DNA from: Podarcis pityusensis
Lineage: Eukaryota
Assembly (NCBI GenBank): GCA_964106645.2
Contig: OZ067043.1
Direction: 5' to 3' (one strand)
Length of the DNA: 64,000 bases
A program made the translations under genes and the position numbers. This document shows, one piece after another, positions 23,832-35,582 of the stretch (the first letter of the stretch is position 1; every line of letters starts with the position of its first letter). The notes beneath the pieces were generated by a model that was not told the origin of the DNA, searched no databases, and saw only the letters and a list, made by a program, of their open reading frames with translations.

Positions 23832-25059
23832 ACCTTGTTTCAGCATGGAGTATACACATTGGTCTCAGCAGCACCCTAGTTCTGTGCATCAACAGCAGCT
23901 TCAGCCTGAATGTCTAATGTCAAAAAGCCTGCCACATCTTGGTGTCATACGTGAAAAGAGCAGAAGCCTAAACTGCTTGGGTTAAGAATCTTGGTCTTGA
24001 AACTATTGGATTTTTGCATACACGTGTATGCCAGGAGAAGTTAGGCAGTGAAACTTCCCAGCCAAGGAGGAAAATGTACTTTTAATAAAGCCCTGCCAAT
24101 GGGACACAGCCGTCATGGAGCACAAGGGTCTGTCTGCTCTGCTCATATCCTCACATTCTCTGTTCACCCTTTTCCTTCTGACCCCAAGGAAGCTTAGCTA
24201 GTTAATTTGATATTCTGGATAAAAGAAGGCGCAAGAACTCAAAAGAGAATTAACAAGACTGTAGAGCCTGAAGGTCATTCTTGGTTTCAGATGCAAATTT
24301 AATGCCGTTGACATTCAGTGCAGAAAGATTAGAAGCAAATGCACTCTTTATAGATAGCCATAGAGGGCAGATAGTTTGCGCATTCAAAAGAGTGAGCCAT
24401 TGGCCTTGGCTGTAAGGTTTGGTTAAATTGATGGGGGATAAGGAATTTGGAGCGCCTGGTCAGAAGACATTGGTGACTGGAAATAGTTTTCATGGTTGTA
24501 CATCAGAAGCAAAGCAGCGTTTTAGGAAGGCCACTCAAATACTTGGCCGTGTTTCAGTAGTCATAATATTCATTTCTTGTGCTATCCTTGCTTTAAAATC
24601 TGATTTTATATCCCACCATTCTAGCCCTTAGGATGACTAATGCCAATTGAAGTTAGTTATAAAATACACTAACATTAAATAATGTAACATCATAAAACAG
24701 GGGTAGGTTCAGTAGAGGGTAGATGAAACAAATGTACCCCTGGCTACCACAGAAACTTGAGCATCCATTCTCAGGAAGGATTGGAGCCATATAAAGCCAT
24801 ACAATAACATTTCAAAAAAGCACTAAACATATTTGGTATGTATTGATGAATTCAATATTTCTTAGTTTTGCCATGCAATCTTGCTCTGAGGGAGCAGAGT
24901 ACCCACTGCTAGCCTGGATGGATACAGATTTTGAAGAGGCAAAAAACTGCTTGAAAGGATGCTGCAGATAAGTTCCAGTGCTGAACATATCCCAAAGGAT
25001 TGTGGTGCAAAGTCAGTGCTTTTTTATTCAGTGTAAATAGTTGTGCTAATCTGGTCTCC

Positions 25060-25426
25060 ATTCATGAGTCAGTGACAGGGGCCACCTGTGACCAACTCAA
25101 AAGCACCCAGTCCTGGCCATGATCCTGGCAACATTCTCTCATTTGTGGTGGGTGGAGCAGAGCTCCCAGATTTACTGCCCATACATCTCGGGACAAACAG
25201 AGTTAACCCCCAAGCTTGCAGCTTCACCTGTTAACAACTGAGACTTTGCCTGGCTGCAGCTTTAAATAGTCTGCTGCGTATTCCTTCACTCCTTTTAGAT
25301 GGGAGAGTTGGGTTACAAGAGCAGAGATAAATAGTAAAATGAGTGTTGGGTGGTTGTGCAGTTTCGTTCTTCCACTCGTCCACGCCACACTTGGTTTCTC
25401 AGGACTCTCCTGAGGTAGTAGGGAAA
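25060..25426 (+). promoter_or_regulatory. AMPD1: AMPD1 muscle promoter/5' UTR: MEF2-like CTTTAAATAG at 25260-25269, TATA-like ATAAATA at 25327-25333, E-boxes CACCTG at 25083 and 25225, AP-1 TGAGTCA at 25065
   Basis: Motifs seen directly upstream of the ATG; CpG-poor, tissue-specific promoter type. Confidence 0.6.
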
Positions 25427-25448
25427 ATGCCGAAGGTGAAAGTTCCAG
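25427..25448 (+). CDS. AMPD1: AMPD1 exon 1 coding part (MPKVKVP)
   Basis: 22 coding nt as in mammalian MPLFKLP; CAG|gtaggt donor. Confidence 0.85.
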
Positions 25449-26780
25449 GTAGGTCTAAATTCCCACGTAGCCTTAGGCAAGTTGGGAAGAAGCCTTCTTT
25501 TATGATTAGGCTGGTGTCAAAAGCCAGACTCTCAAGAATGGATTCACAAAGCAGCTCTGATTGCCTATTTAAGTTGTGCAGGGCACAGGAGGTGGAAGGA
25601 GTGAGAGCTTGAGCCATTAGCTTTCCCAATATGAGTAGTTTGGATAGACGGTCAGGCAAGTGGCTTTTAGGCTACAGAAGTGAAATTGGATGAGACCAGT
25701 CGATTCAGCAGAACCCAGTTTTGCTGTGTTAAAACTTTATCAGAGGTTGGATAAACTTACACAGGAGCACCCCTAGACATTGGTGTTTGCCAGATAAAAG
25801 AGAAATTGAAGGGTTTTCAGTAACCTTTAATGGCTTATCATTAGCAGCAAGGTAATTAAGACATGCACCAGGCTGGTAGCCAAAAGGGGGCTGAATTTAG
25901 CTTCTCTTTGTCATCTCGTAAAAGACCTGAATAATCCTTACTCGGAACATGTTGCCTTCCAACTCTGTGGTTCTGTGCTGTTACTAGCAGAATAGCAACA
26001 TGGTCCAAGGAATCTAGAACAAAACTGATTAGATTTATTGTATTTTTTGAAGCAGCAGCAACTATCCACATATTAAATCTATGATAAGCTTAAAAATTAC
26101 ATAAATAATCCTTTCAACTTGCTCTTATTTTGTTATGCTCCTAAAGAAACATTTCTTACAGCAAACAGAATGGGTTTTAAAAGTGTTTTGTCGCTTTTCT
26201 CTTTGTCCAATATTTCAAGTTGTTATCAAAGGGTTCTGTTCTCTCCCACCCCCCACCATATCAGAGTACAAAGATGCTTCCCTTTTAAATGAAAATAATA
26301 AATATCCACAGCTCATAATCAAATATTCCTACAATGTCCATGCCACATGAACAGGTAGCCTCAGGTCTGTTGATTTCATTTGACAGAACGCGAATGGTGC
26401 AATAGTTTCCCTTTGTGTATGACAGTTATATTTAACAAACAGACCTTGGTTCCAGTTTGTACTTTTGCATGTTTTTTTAAAAGGGTAAGTTCTGCTGCTG
26501 TATCCTTTTACTTCCTTTGAGCAAGCAAGCTGAGAAGATGAATCCTACTGGTAGACATGCTAATAAATTGTCAGGGGAGAATGAAGAGCATGGATGGACC
26601 TGTGCTTTGTAATGGTAGAAATGCTGAATAATACCCATAGGTGCCTACTAAGAAGACCTGGACCACATTTTTGTGTTGCAGTTTCAACTGATATACCACA
26701 CTAACTTTTTTTAAAAACTGTCAGTCTGCACCCCCTTCAGATACAGTGGTATCTTCCATGCTTGGAAACACTCCAGCTAA

Positions 26781-27005
26781 GGGCTCGTACACACTTCTGC
26801 TTGACCCGTGATTTGTAGGCATGGATCTGAGTGGTTTTCCTCTTGCTTCGCTCCAGCCCCAGGGAAAACACACTCTCTAGTGCTAAATTGGAGCAAATGT
26901 CAATCTGGAGAAAACCTGAATTGCTGTTTGCTCTGATTGAGCGCTAATGGGAGTGGTTTTCCCTGGGGGAAAGCAGTGGAACAAAAGGAAGTGGGGTTAG
27001 GCCCT
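26781..27005. mobile_element. Palindromic MITE-like element in AMPD1 intron 1
   Basis: Inverted arms cccagggaaaacacactc...ggagcaaa and tttgctct...gagtggttttccctggg; AGGGC...GCCCT ends. Confidence 0.55.
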
Positions 27006-27668
27006 CAATCTAGTCTAGGCTGATTTTCTCCTTACCAAACAACTGTTCTAAGAAGTACTACATAGTAGGTTTTAGGTTTTAGAATATTTGTGTGTGGAAA
27101 CTGCTGGACTAAAGGATTATCTTTTCATATTATTACCTTGGCATACATGGAAGGTGGTAATCAGACCACCATATGTTCACAGTTCAGAGTTACCATTTGC
27201 AAAGAGAGTATTACATTTTTAGGCAAATGTTCCAAATCATGCATACAAGAAGCTATATACCTTCAGATGTACAAGCACAGAGTCTGTGAAAACAGTATTT
27301 TATGAATACATGGAGTCATTGAGATCAGGCCCTCACAAGCCCCTTCCATATGCTCACTTGTATCCAAATAAATGCATGGAAAGGGATATTGGTGGTGCCA
27401 ATCCCAGGTTCTGAGGTAGAATTTAAAAGACTGCATCCGTCATATCAGGATGCCTGGGCAAGTTGCCCCAAATTGCTTTCTTGACTGTTCTTTCTTCCCA
27501 TTGTAGAGCTGTTCAACTACTATGGTATGTAGAGTATATATTTCTGCAAACATTTGCTCATTAAAAATGTTCGTTTCTGTATATAAATGTGGACAACGGG
27601 TTAAAAAAAAACTTTAGGTGCTGCATCCTGTGATCTGATTACATTTATTTTATTTCACTCTCAAACAG

Positions 27669-27680
27669 CAGAGGAGAAAC
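27669..27680 (+). CDS. AMPD1: AMPD1 12-nt mini-exon 2 (CAGAGGAGAAAC, A-E-E-K-Q)
   Basis: Pyrimidine tract plus aacag acceptor, gtgagt donor; phase fits exons 1 and 3; matches the mammalian AEEKQ mini-exon. Confidence 0.9.
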
Positions 27681-28038
27681 GTGAGTATAACTCGGCCTTC
27701 CTTGTGCCGCCTGCTGCTTTGTTAAGCAGTTGATCATATCCAAAAGACAAATGATCACAGCAACTCAGCGACTGTCCGTTTCTCAGCAGTCATTGCCAGG
27801 AGCTATTGATGCATCTGGGGTGAGGAAGAAAGCTTGTATGGGGCTTGGAGGAAGGAAGGGTGTCATAACGGGACCTGCATGGGGTGTGCTGTCCTCGTGA
27901 GTCTGAATGATTCAGCCCTTCATCAAACCGGCCTTTTCAAGGAGCTCAGATACCTTCCTTTGAGTTGCAATACTAGGAAGGAATGCTGGAGCCCAGTTCT
28001 CTCCACCAAGTCTTTTACCTGGGCACCAACTAAAGGCA

Positions 28039-28383
28039 GGGATGCGGGTGGCACTGTGGGTTAAACCACAGAGCCTAGGACTTGCTGATCAGAAGGTCAG
28101 TGGTTTGAATCCCTGCGACGGGGTGAGCTCCCGTTGCTCGGTCCCTGCTCCTGGCAACCTAGCAGTTCGAAAGCACGTCAAAGTGCAAGTAGATAAATAG
28201 GTACCGCTCTGGCGGGAAGGTAAATGGCGTTTTCTTGCTTCTCTGGTTCACCAGAAGCGGCTTATTCATGCTGGCCACATGACCCGGAAGCTGTACACCC
28301 TTGGCCAATAAAGCGAGATGAGCGCCGCAACCCCAGAGTCAGCCACAACTGGACCTAATGGTCAGGGGTCCCTTTACCTTTAC
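28039..28383 (+). mobile_element. Sauria SINE, full length
   Basis: Head, B-box and accttt tail. Confidence 0.92.
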
Positions 28384-29512
28384 AACTAAGCTGGACCCTC
28401 AAAAGCACCCTGCTTGCAGGGAAAAAAGGAACACGAGTGGATGGTTGAAGTTACTTGGTAGTGGGCCCACTTTGACTCTTGGGTTATATAGTCGGACTCT
28501 AAGGTTCTCTCCTCATTAAGCTCCTGGTATATGACTGCATTTCAACCTAAAAACTGGGCATTGGCACAGATTGCCCTGCTGAGAAATGGCTGTCTTTCTG
28601 GGCTGCCTGGCTACCGCTGGGTGCACAGGTGAGCATGAGCCACATTGCCCAGCAACCCCTGTGCGCAAGGGCATTTGCTGGGAACAATGTTGCTTCCCTG
28701 TTCTTGTGGAATTGAGATGTGGATCACTGGCTGCTTTGACAACACAAGAGGTCTCTAGGCAGGACTTAGGAGCTCGGAATAGGACGACAACCCCTTATGT
28801 CCAAACTTCTAGTCTGGTGTGAGTGTGGACTTCATTCCCCGCTCAATCCCCATGCACATTGTCTGTTTGGAAAGTGGCATTGCATGAACTTGCCATTTGC
28901 ATGGCCTCTGGCATTCCCATCTCATTGTCATGATCCCCTATGCCCTTCCTGCTTATTCCACTTGCATTTCTCCTGCTGAACCAGATTACTTCCCTGCTTC
29001 CTCAATGTCCACCATTAAAGCAGCGCTTGCACACACATGCCCTTCTGATAGCCTACGTGTGTGGATGGATTACAGTGATTGAGATATTAAATTCTTATAG
29101 AAAAGCATTTTCTCGGCAGCAAAATAGTCACCGATCACCAAAACATTTTACTATATGAATTTAATGTATCCAATAAACTAATCCCATTAGTGCAAGGATT
29201 TCCATTTGGGCAATGGAACTTTCCCTCCTCCTCCTCCCCACCCCCATTTCTTCCCCAAATCTGCTCCAAAGAGTTGGAGAAAACTTCAGAACAGATTTAG
29301 GGGACGCTCAAAGAAAGCAAGAGAGAGGAGGTTCTGTTGCACAGTCCAAAGTCCTTGCACTAAGAGAACCACTTTGCTGGGTACCACCCAATATCTCTGT
29401 TTTGTTAGTCACTGTAATAAATATATGCTTTTAATAATTAATTTCATCCTTCCAAGATCCAGAGCAACACACACACACACACACACACACCCCTGCAGCC
29501 TTTTGTATGATA

Positions 29513-29754
29513 CAGTCGTACCTTGGTTGTTGAACTTAATCTGTTCCGGGAGTCCGTTCGACTCCCGAAATGGTTCAAAAACCAAGGCGTAGCTTCCGAT
29601 TGGCTGCAGGAGCTTCCTGCACTCAATTAGAAGCTGCGTCAGATGTTCAGCTTCCGAAAAACATTCACAAACCGGAACGCTCACTTTCGGGTTTGCAGCA
29701 TTCAGGAGCCAAAACGTCTGAGTACCAAGGCTTTTGAGAACCAAGGTATGACTG
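29513..29754. mobile_element. Second Tigger/mariner-type MITE family
   Basis: TA|CAGTCGTACCTTGGTT ... AACCAAGGTATGACTG|TA. Confidence 0.85.
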
Positions 29755-30975
29755 TACTAAGGCTGCAGTTCTGGGCACACTTACTCGGGCAATGGTGACT
29801 TTTACTTGTGAGTAAACATGCATAGAATTGGACAGTAAAATTGTAAGTCATAGCCAATGCTTGATTCTCAGCAGACGTGACTATCCTGCGAAACACCATA
29901 ACCTGAAAGGTCTCACACTATCCATACTCAGAAGGACCTGTACAGATCTGTATAACATATCCTTTCATGGGACTGTACCTGCATACACCATCATTGCTGG
30001 CTACAACAAGAAACATCATGCAGTAGTCTCAGGCTGTTTGAAAGATCAGAGCCTGCCTTTTGGAGCTCTGACCCCACAGTTATTTGTGAGCACTCCTTAT
30101 TGTGCACCTTGAGATCTCTAAGCAGAAACATCTATGACTGTTGCCCTTTCCTGTACACGTTGCTCAGTGGCAGAAGGGTGATATCCAGGCTCTGATTTCC
30201 ACAAAAACGGGCTAAGACTACAATGAGGAAGCCCAAAACAGGTAAGACACTTCTTTTCTAAGTCACCTGGTTTCACATTAGCTTGGAATTTAGTTTAGAT
30301 CCAGTTCACAGTCCAAAGCAGGTTGCACCCACTATGGTGATGCCATCTACACTTACTGGCTGAGAAAGCCAAACCTATCAGTCCAAATTCAGCTTCATTC
30401 TTATTCTCATTGCCATGACAGCATACTCAGTGTAGAGAGGCACAAACATTTCCAGACTATGGAGAAACGCAGACTCTAACCACCCAGAATCTAGAGCCAT
30501 GAGTGGATACCATGAAGCATTTATGCACCCCAACACATCCATGGTTCGTCACCGGTGTTTCACCTTTCCTCACTGAAGCCCTGGAATCTCGCTGTAAAAG
30601 GTTATCAGTAGAAGTACTAAGAATACTATCTGCTTAAAACCCTGCAGCGACATTGAGTCAAAGTAGACTATGTTGAGGCTGATGGATCAATTGTGTGACA
30701 CATGATAAGTAAGCTTTGTAAATACTCCGCAGCCCTGTAGCTGCATTCTCCCCTAGAACTATCAAGCTGGAATGTGGTGCAGGTAAGTCTTCAGTTTCAG
30801 AGCACATGTGACATACTGTTTTAGCCTGTCAGTTCCCTGTCATGCGTACAAAGAGAATGCAGGCATGAGGTGGCCTCTGAGTGCACACAGGGCTGGTGTG
30901 CTGAGTGACGCAATTGATCCATCCTCCCGCAATGACCAAGAGCTGGCCTAGTGACCTTCTGCTTTCTCCTGACAG

Positions 30976-31153
30976 AAACGGATGATGCCATGCGCTCCTT
31001 CGCAGAGAAGGTCTTTGCCTCAGAGGTGAAGGATGAAGGGGGCCGGCACGAAATATCTCCCTTTGATGTGGAGGATGTCTGCCCCATATCACATCATGAA
31101 ATGCAACAGCATATGATCAAGGAGGAGGAGAGTTCAAGTGACACTGGGAAAAA
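30976..31153 (+). CDS. AMPD1: AMPD1 exon 3 (TDDAMRSFAEKVFASEVKDEGGRHEISPFDV...)
   Basis: Matches the AMPD1 N-terminal region; gacag and gtgaga splice sites. Confidence 0.95.
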
Positions 31154-31428
31154 GTGAGAGTTCTGTATGTGTGCATGCACTGCTGGGATAATGGGAAATT
31201 GGGGGTGAGGAAGGAGGAGCCATGAAAGATTGGATGGGTAACCTAGTAAGGTGTGGCTCAGATAGATCCTGTGCCAGATGTGTGCTGATCACAGTACCTC
31301 TGAAGCATCATAATGCAGGCGCCAGATACACTTGCACTCACACTAAGGAAAGGTGGCAACGGATGTGAAAAGAGCTGGTTCCTGAACCTTGGAAGACTTG
31401 TGTTTATGGGAAACTACAGAGTGGCTGT

Positions 31429-31798
31429 GGGACGCGGGTGGCGCTGTGGGTAAAACCTCAGCGCCTAGGACTTGCCGATCGCATGGTCGGTGGTTCGAAT
31501 CCCCGCGGCAGGGTGAGCTCCCGTCATTTGGTCCCAGCTCCTGCCCACCTAGCAGTTCGAAAGCACCCTTAAGTGCAAGTAGATAAATAGGTACCGCTTT
31601 ATAGCGGGAAGGTAAACGGCGTTTCCGTGTGCTGCGCTGGTGCTGGCTTGCCAGAGCAGCTTCGTCACGCTGGCCACGTGACCCGGAAGTGTCTCCGGAC
31701 AGCGCTGGCTCCTGGCCTCTAGAGTGAGATGAGCGCACAACCCTAGAGTCGGACACGACTGGCCCGTACAGGCAGGGGTACCTTTACCTTTACCTTTA
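31429..31798 (+). mobile_element. Sauria SINE, full length, with 12-bp TSD tacagagtggct
   Basis: TSD at 31415-31426 and 31797-31808; same subfamily as the 9919 copy. Confidence 0.95.
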
Positions 31799-32806
31799 CA
31801 GAGTGGCTAATTCCAATCGGAGCAGCCACCAGCACAGAGTGCACCGTCTGTACTAGCACCCCTTAATCATCAGAGCAGACCAAGTGATTAAGTATTTTGA
31901 AGATTAGGTTAAAGCGAAACCATTTGCTCACGTAGATTTTCAAAACTGATGTGGATATAAAACATTCCCCAAGCCACTTGGCTGGAATTGTTGGAAGAGT
32001 AGCCTTTGCCCTATGTTTCTAGGCACTGAACAGTTTTGAGCAGATATATTCTCAACCACATTGCCTTCCTACGGAAGAATGGAGTATTTCCATGTGATAA
32101 TGACGGCAGATAGGTAGCTTTTCACTACAAGCAAGTGTGAAAGCCATGGTCTTATTTGTCCTTTTGATTTCCATAAGTGTGCCTCTTGTCAATACTACCT
32201 GAGCAGTGGCACTTTGCTCCTATTCCTCAGTGGCTTACTCTGACCCCATAATTTGTATGCTCTGCTTCCTCGTGGAAATGTCTTTAGATGCAGATTACAA
32301 ATTTGCTGAAGAAGCTAGTCAATTCAGAGAAGGTCCAAAACCACACCAGAAAGATGCTAGTTCTGAATCTATTTATAGAATGTATAGTTCAGCTTCATCA
32401 CAAGTGATCCTTGGGCAGATCACAACAACAACAACAAAAGACAAAATGTAATTAAAACATACCACTATTACTTCCTCTCTCCTTTTTCAAAAACCAATTC
32501 AAAGGCTTTTTGAATTGGAGGAAGAGATAGATCTTTACTTGGTGCCACAAAATAGGCATGGTAGGTGCCAGCCAGTCTTCAGGGTGCCATTACTGACAAG
32601 GCCTTCCACAATACAGTATATAAAGACATTTGTATATTCCTTTGCTACCTCCCTCCAGGATCATGAAATATCAGCCAAACTTTCAATGTAGCCAGAGCTA
32701 TGGGAAGTGTATGGTGAACTGACAGATGATTGCTGCCAAAGCATAGACAAAACTATATGAAATGAGTTTCCATTTGTGTTGCTTTCCTTTTCTTCATCCC
32801 TCCTAG

Positions 32807-32972
32807 GAAGAAGAGGCTCTTGCGGCTGAAGACCATTGCACTGCTTGTTCCTACTGCGGGAAAGTCTTCGACCAAACTGTCCACCTTAGATGAGGTCATC
32901 TCCAGCAGTGCTTCGTATCAAGCCGTTCCCAAATTCCAGCGTGTTCAGATCACGGGCGACTATGCTGCAGGG
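32807..32972 (+). CDS. AMPD1: AMPD1 exon 4 (KKRLLRLKTIALLVP...FQRVQITGDYAAG)
   Basis: 166 nt, FQRV motif, phase consistent. Confidence 0.95.
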
Positions 32973-34042
32973 GTCAGTAGCTGGAGGTGCCAAACCATCT
33001 CCTGTCATGGATGAGCCTATTCTGCTGCCTCTTCTTCCATTTTCTTAGATGTGGTACTCCCAATACTGTGGTACTCCCAATACTGCAACTTGAAATTGGG
33101 GGGGGGGGGTAACCCTCCTGTTTTTCAGGGCTTCCCTGAATAATAATAATAATCATATATTAAAAAGTCTGTTCAGGGTTGGTACACACCATATATTTAA
33201 AGCAGACCTTACCTGTAGTATGTTAAGGGTGCTGGGTTTTGTAGCTCACTGGTAAACTACAGTTCCCAGGTTTCTTTGGGGGTGCTTTAAATGTATAGTG
33301 TGTGTGCTAACTGCAAGTGGGATCGACAAGGGAAGTAAAATAAAGTGTGTTCAGAGAATTTAAAAAAATAGCCCTCTAAAACTAAAATGTCATGAAGTGG
33401 ATATAATCAAGCATTGTGCTTACAGAGCACTTGGAAAATGTGGTCCACTCCCCTCCTCCAGCACTGCCTTGAGAGAGAATATCTGCCGGCTTTATAGATG
33501 GGCAACAAAGGCGCATTTATTGGGCACAAACCCCGATCACATAGAAAAGGCTTGCTGCTCTTTCCAGATCTCCACCCCCCATATTCCCCCACCCCCCATT
33601 TCAAGTTGCAAGAGACACAGCCCCGAAATGGAATGGGAGGAGATGGAGTTCAGTGGGACTCCTGCAACTAACCTTAGCTGTGTCCTTAGGCTAGCTGCGT
33701 CTGTGTTTTGAGTGGCCTAACTTGAACCTGTTGAGAAATAAATCAAATATGGGGGGATTTGCTGGGTCAAGGGATATTGATGAAATTGAAGTGGGAACAT
33801 CCTGGTGCTCAAAATAGCTCCAACAGCTGGATCCTGCCATGTCCCTGATCACCTTTCATTGCCAGCCTTGGTGGGTTATTGGAAGACATGGCTGCTGCTG
33901 GAATATACGCTGTACTCTCTCCTTCACTCGAGCAACCATACTGGGCTCTATCCCACAGACGGCTCCAGGTTTAAGCAAAGTTCTTGCTGTGGCCTCCCTC
34001 CTGGGTGGGCTTCCTTTGCAGCATTGCAAAACAGTGGCTCTC

Positions 34043-34089
34043 CCTTCCTTCCTTCCTTCCTTCCTTCCTTCCTTCCTTCCTTCCTTCCT
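34043..34089. repeat. (TTCC)n microsatellite
   Basis: Seen directly. Confidence 0.95.
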
Positions 34090-34750
34090 AATTGTAAGGA
34101 GCAGAAAGCTTCCTGTGAGTGACAATCTCCCAATGTCGGCCATTTTGTTTTCCTTACCATAGCCCAGGAATTGTGATGGCCCAGAGCATTGTAGGGAAAA
34201 TAAAATGGCAGGCACCAGCTAAATGGCAGCCACCATTTAGTCAACGAGGACAGGCAACTGTCAGTGCAATCGGCCCTGCCAAGGACATGGGAGCCGCAAT
34301 AGCTGCCATGTGCTGACGCTGGGCCTGCTTCATTCTCATTGCTATTGTTATCCCCACCACCACCTCCAACCAGGCATGCTGGGAGACGACTCTTTATCTC
34401 ACAGTGCAAGAGTAGGGAACTTTAGGCCCATGGGCCAAATGTGTCCCCCATGCCTCTCCATCTGGTCCTTGGGATTCTCCACAAGCCGCTCCCTCCCCCT
34501 ACCAGCCACATTATCTGTCCTCAGGTTACAACCTCTGCCAGTTTTGCCTCACACCTTCCATGAGCGTTTTGGTTTTTGCATGATTTGAACTCTGAGAATC
34601 CCCTTTCCTTGCCTGCTGTATTATTTGTATCATTTATTATTCCTATGACAGACCCTCCAAGTGTCCCTATTTTCCAGGGACAGTCCCAGATTTACTGAAG
34701 CCATCCTGGTTTCTGATTTGATCCTACAATGTCCCACTTTTCCTACAATG

Positions 34751-34920
34751 TCCCTATTTTCATTGGAGAAATGTCAGAGGGTTTGGAATAGGGCATCCCT
34801 ATTTTCCTCAGAGAAATGTCAGAGGGTATGGAATAGGATATCTCCATTTTCATTGGAGAAATGTTGAAGGGGAAGTCTCTATTTTCATCAGAGAAATGTT
34901 GGAAGGTATGGAATAGGGCT
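34751..34920. repeat. About 45-bp tandem repeat x4 (tccctattttcatcagagaaatgttggagggtatggaataggg..) at the end of a MITE-like element starting near 34647
   Basis: Units start at 34751, 34796, 34841 (shortened) and 34876. Confidence 0.85.
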
Positions 34921-35028
34921 AAAGTGCCCTTTTGTGGTTTTCAGCACACCTGGGTTTTTCCCCCTTTTGTTTTGTAATTTCTGTCTTTTTTTTATCAGTG
35001 CCAGAAGTTTTAACAAATATTTCCACAG

Positions 35029-35194
35029 GTGACAGTGGAGGATTTTGAAGTGGTCTGCAGAGGCCTGTATCGTGCCCTGTGTATCCGGGAGAAGTACATG
35101 CACAAATCTTTCCAGCGTTTCCCCAAGACTCCCTCCCAGTTCTTGCGCACTATTGAAAGTGAGGTGTGGAAGCCAAATGACGACCTGCTTCCAG
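35029..35194 (+). CDS. AMPD1: AMPD1 exon 5 (VTVEDFEVVCRGLYRALCIREKYM...)
   Basis: 166 nt; ccacag and gtaagg splice sites. Confidence 0.96.
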
Positions 35195-35403
35195 GTAAGG
35201 ACCCAGGCAGACTGTGCAGGCTGTACTGGGTGACTGGGCTTGTGGGTGTGTCCCAGAGCAAGACAGCAAGTGTCGGGGTGGGGGTGGGGGGGGGAGGGCA
35301 CTGTGGAGAATTGCATTAGCTGCTTTAATCTTTTTTAAAAAAAAACAACAACACCACACTCTGTCTGTGCAGAGCTGGTGTGCTGAGCATGCAGAACGCT
35401 TAC

Positions 35404-35582
35404 GAACACAGGGAGCTGCCTTAGACTGTTGGTCCATCTGGTTCAGTATTGTTTACACTGACTGGCAGCAGCAATCCAGGGTTTCAGACAGGAGTCTCCT
35501 CCAGCCCTGCCTGGAGATGGCCAGGGGTTGAACCTGGGATCCACTGCCTTCCATTCGGATGCTCCACCACTGAGCTATGGGC
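35404..35582 (-). mobile_element. tRNA-headed SINE with CR1-like tail
   Basis: Reverse strand has TAGCTCAGTGG A-box, GGTTCAACCC B-box and an agatggacca...aggcagctccctgtgttc tail; related copy at 57362-57537. Confidence 0.75.

Noticed and set aside
31343-31756. 137-aa ORF and the similar ORF at 9941-10231
   Set aside because: Antisense translations of Sauria SINE copies
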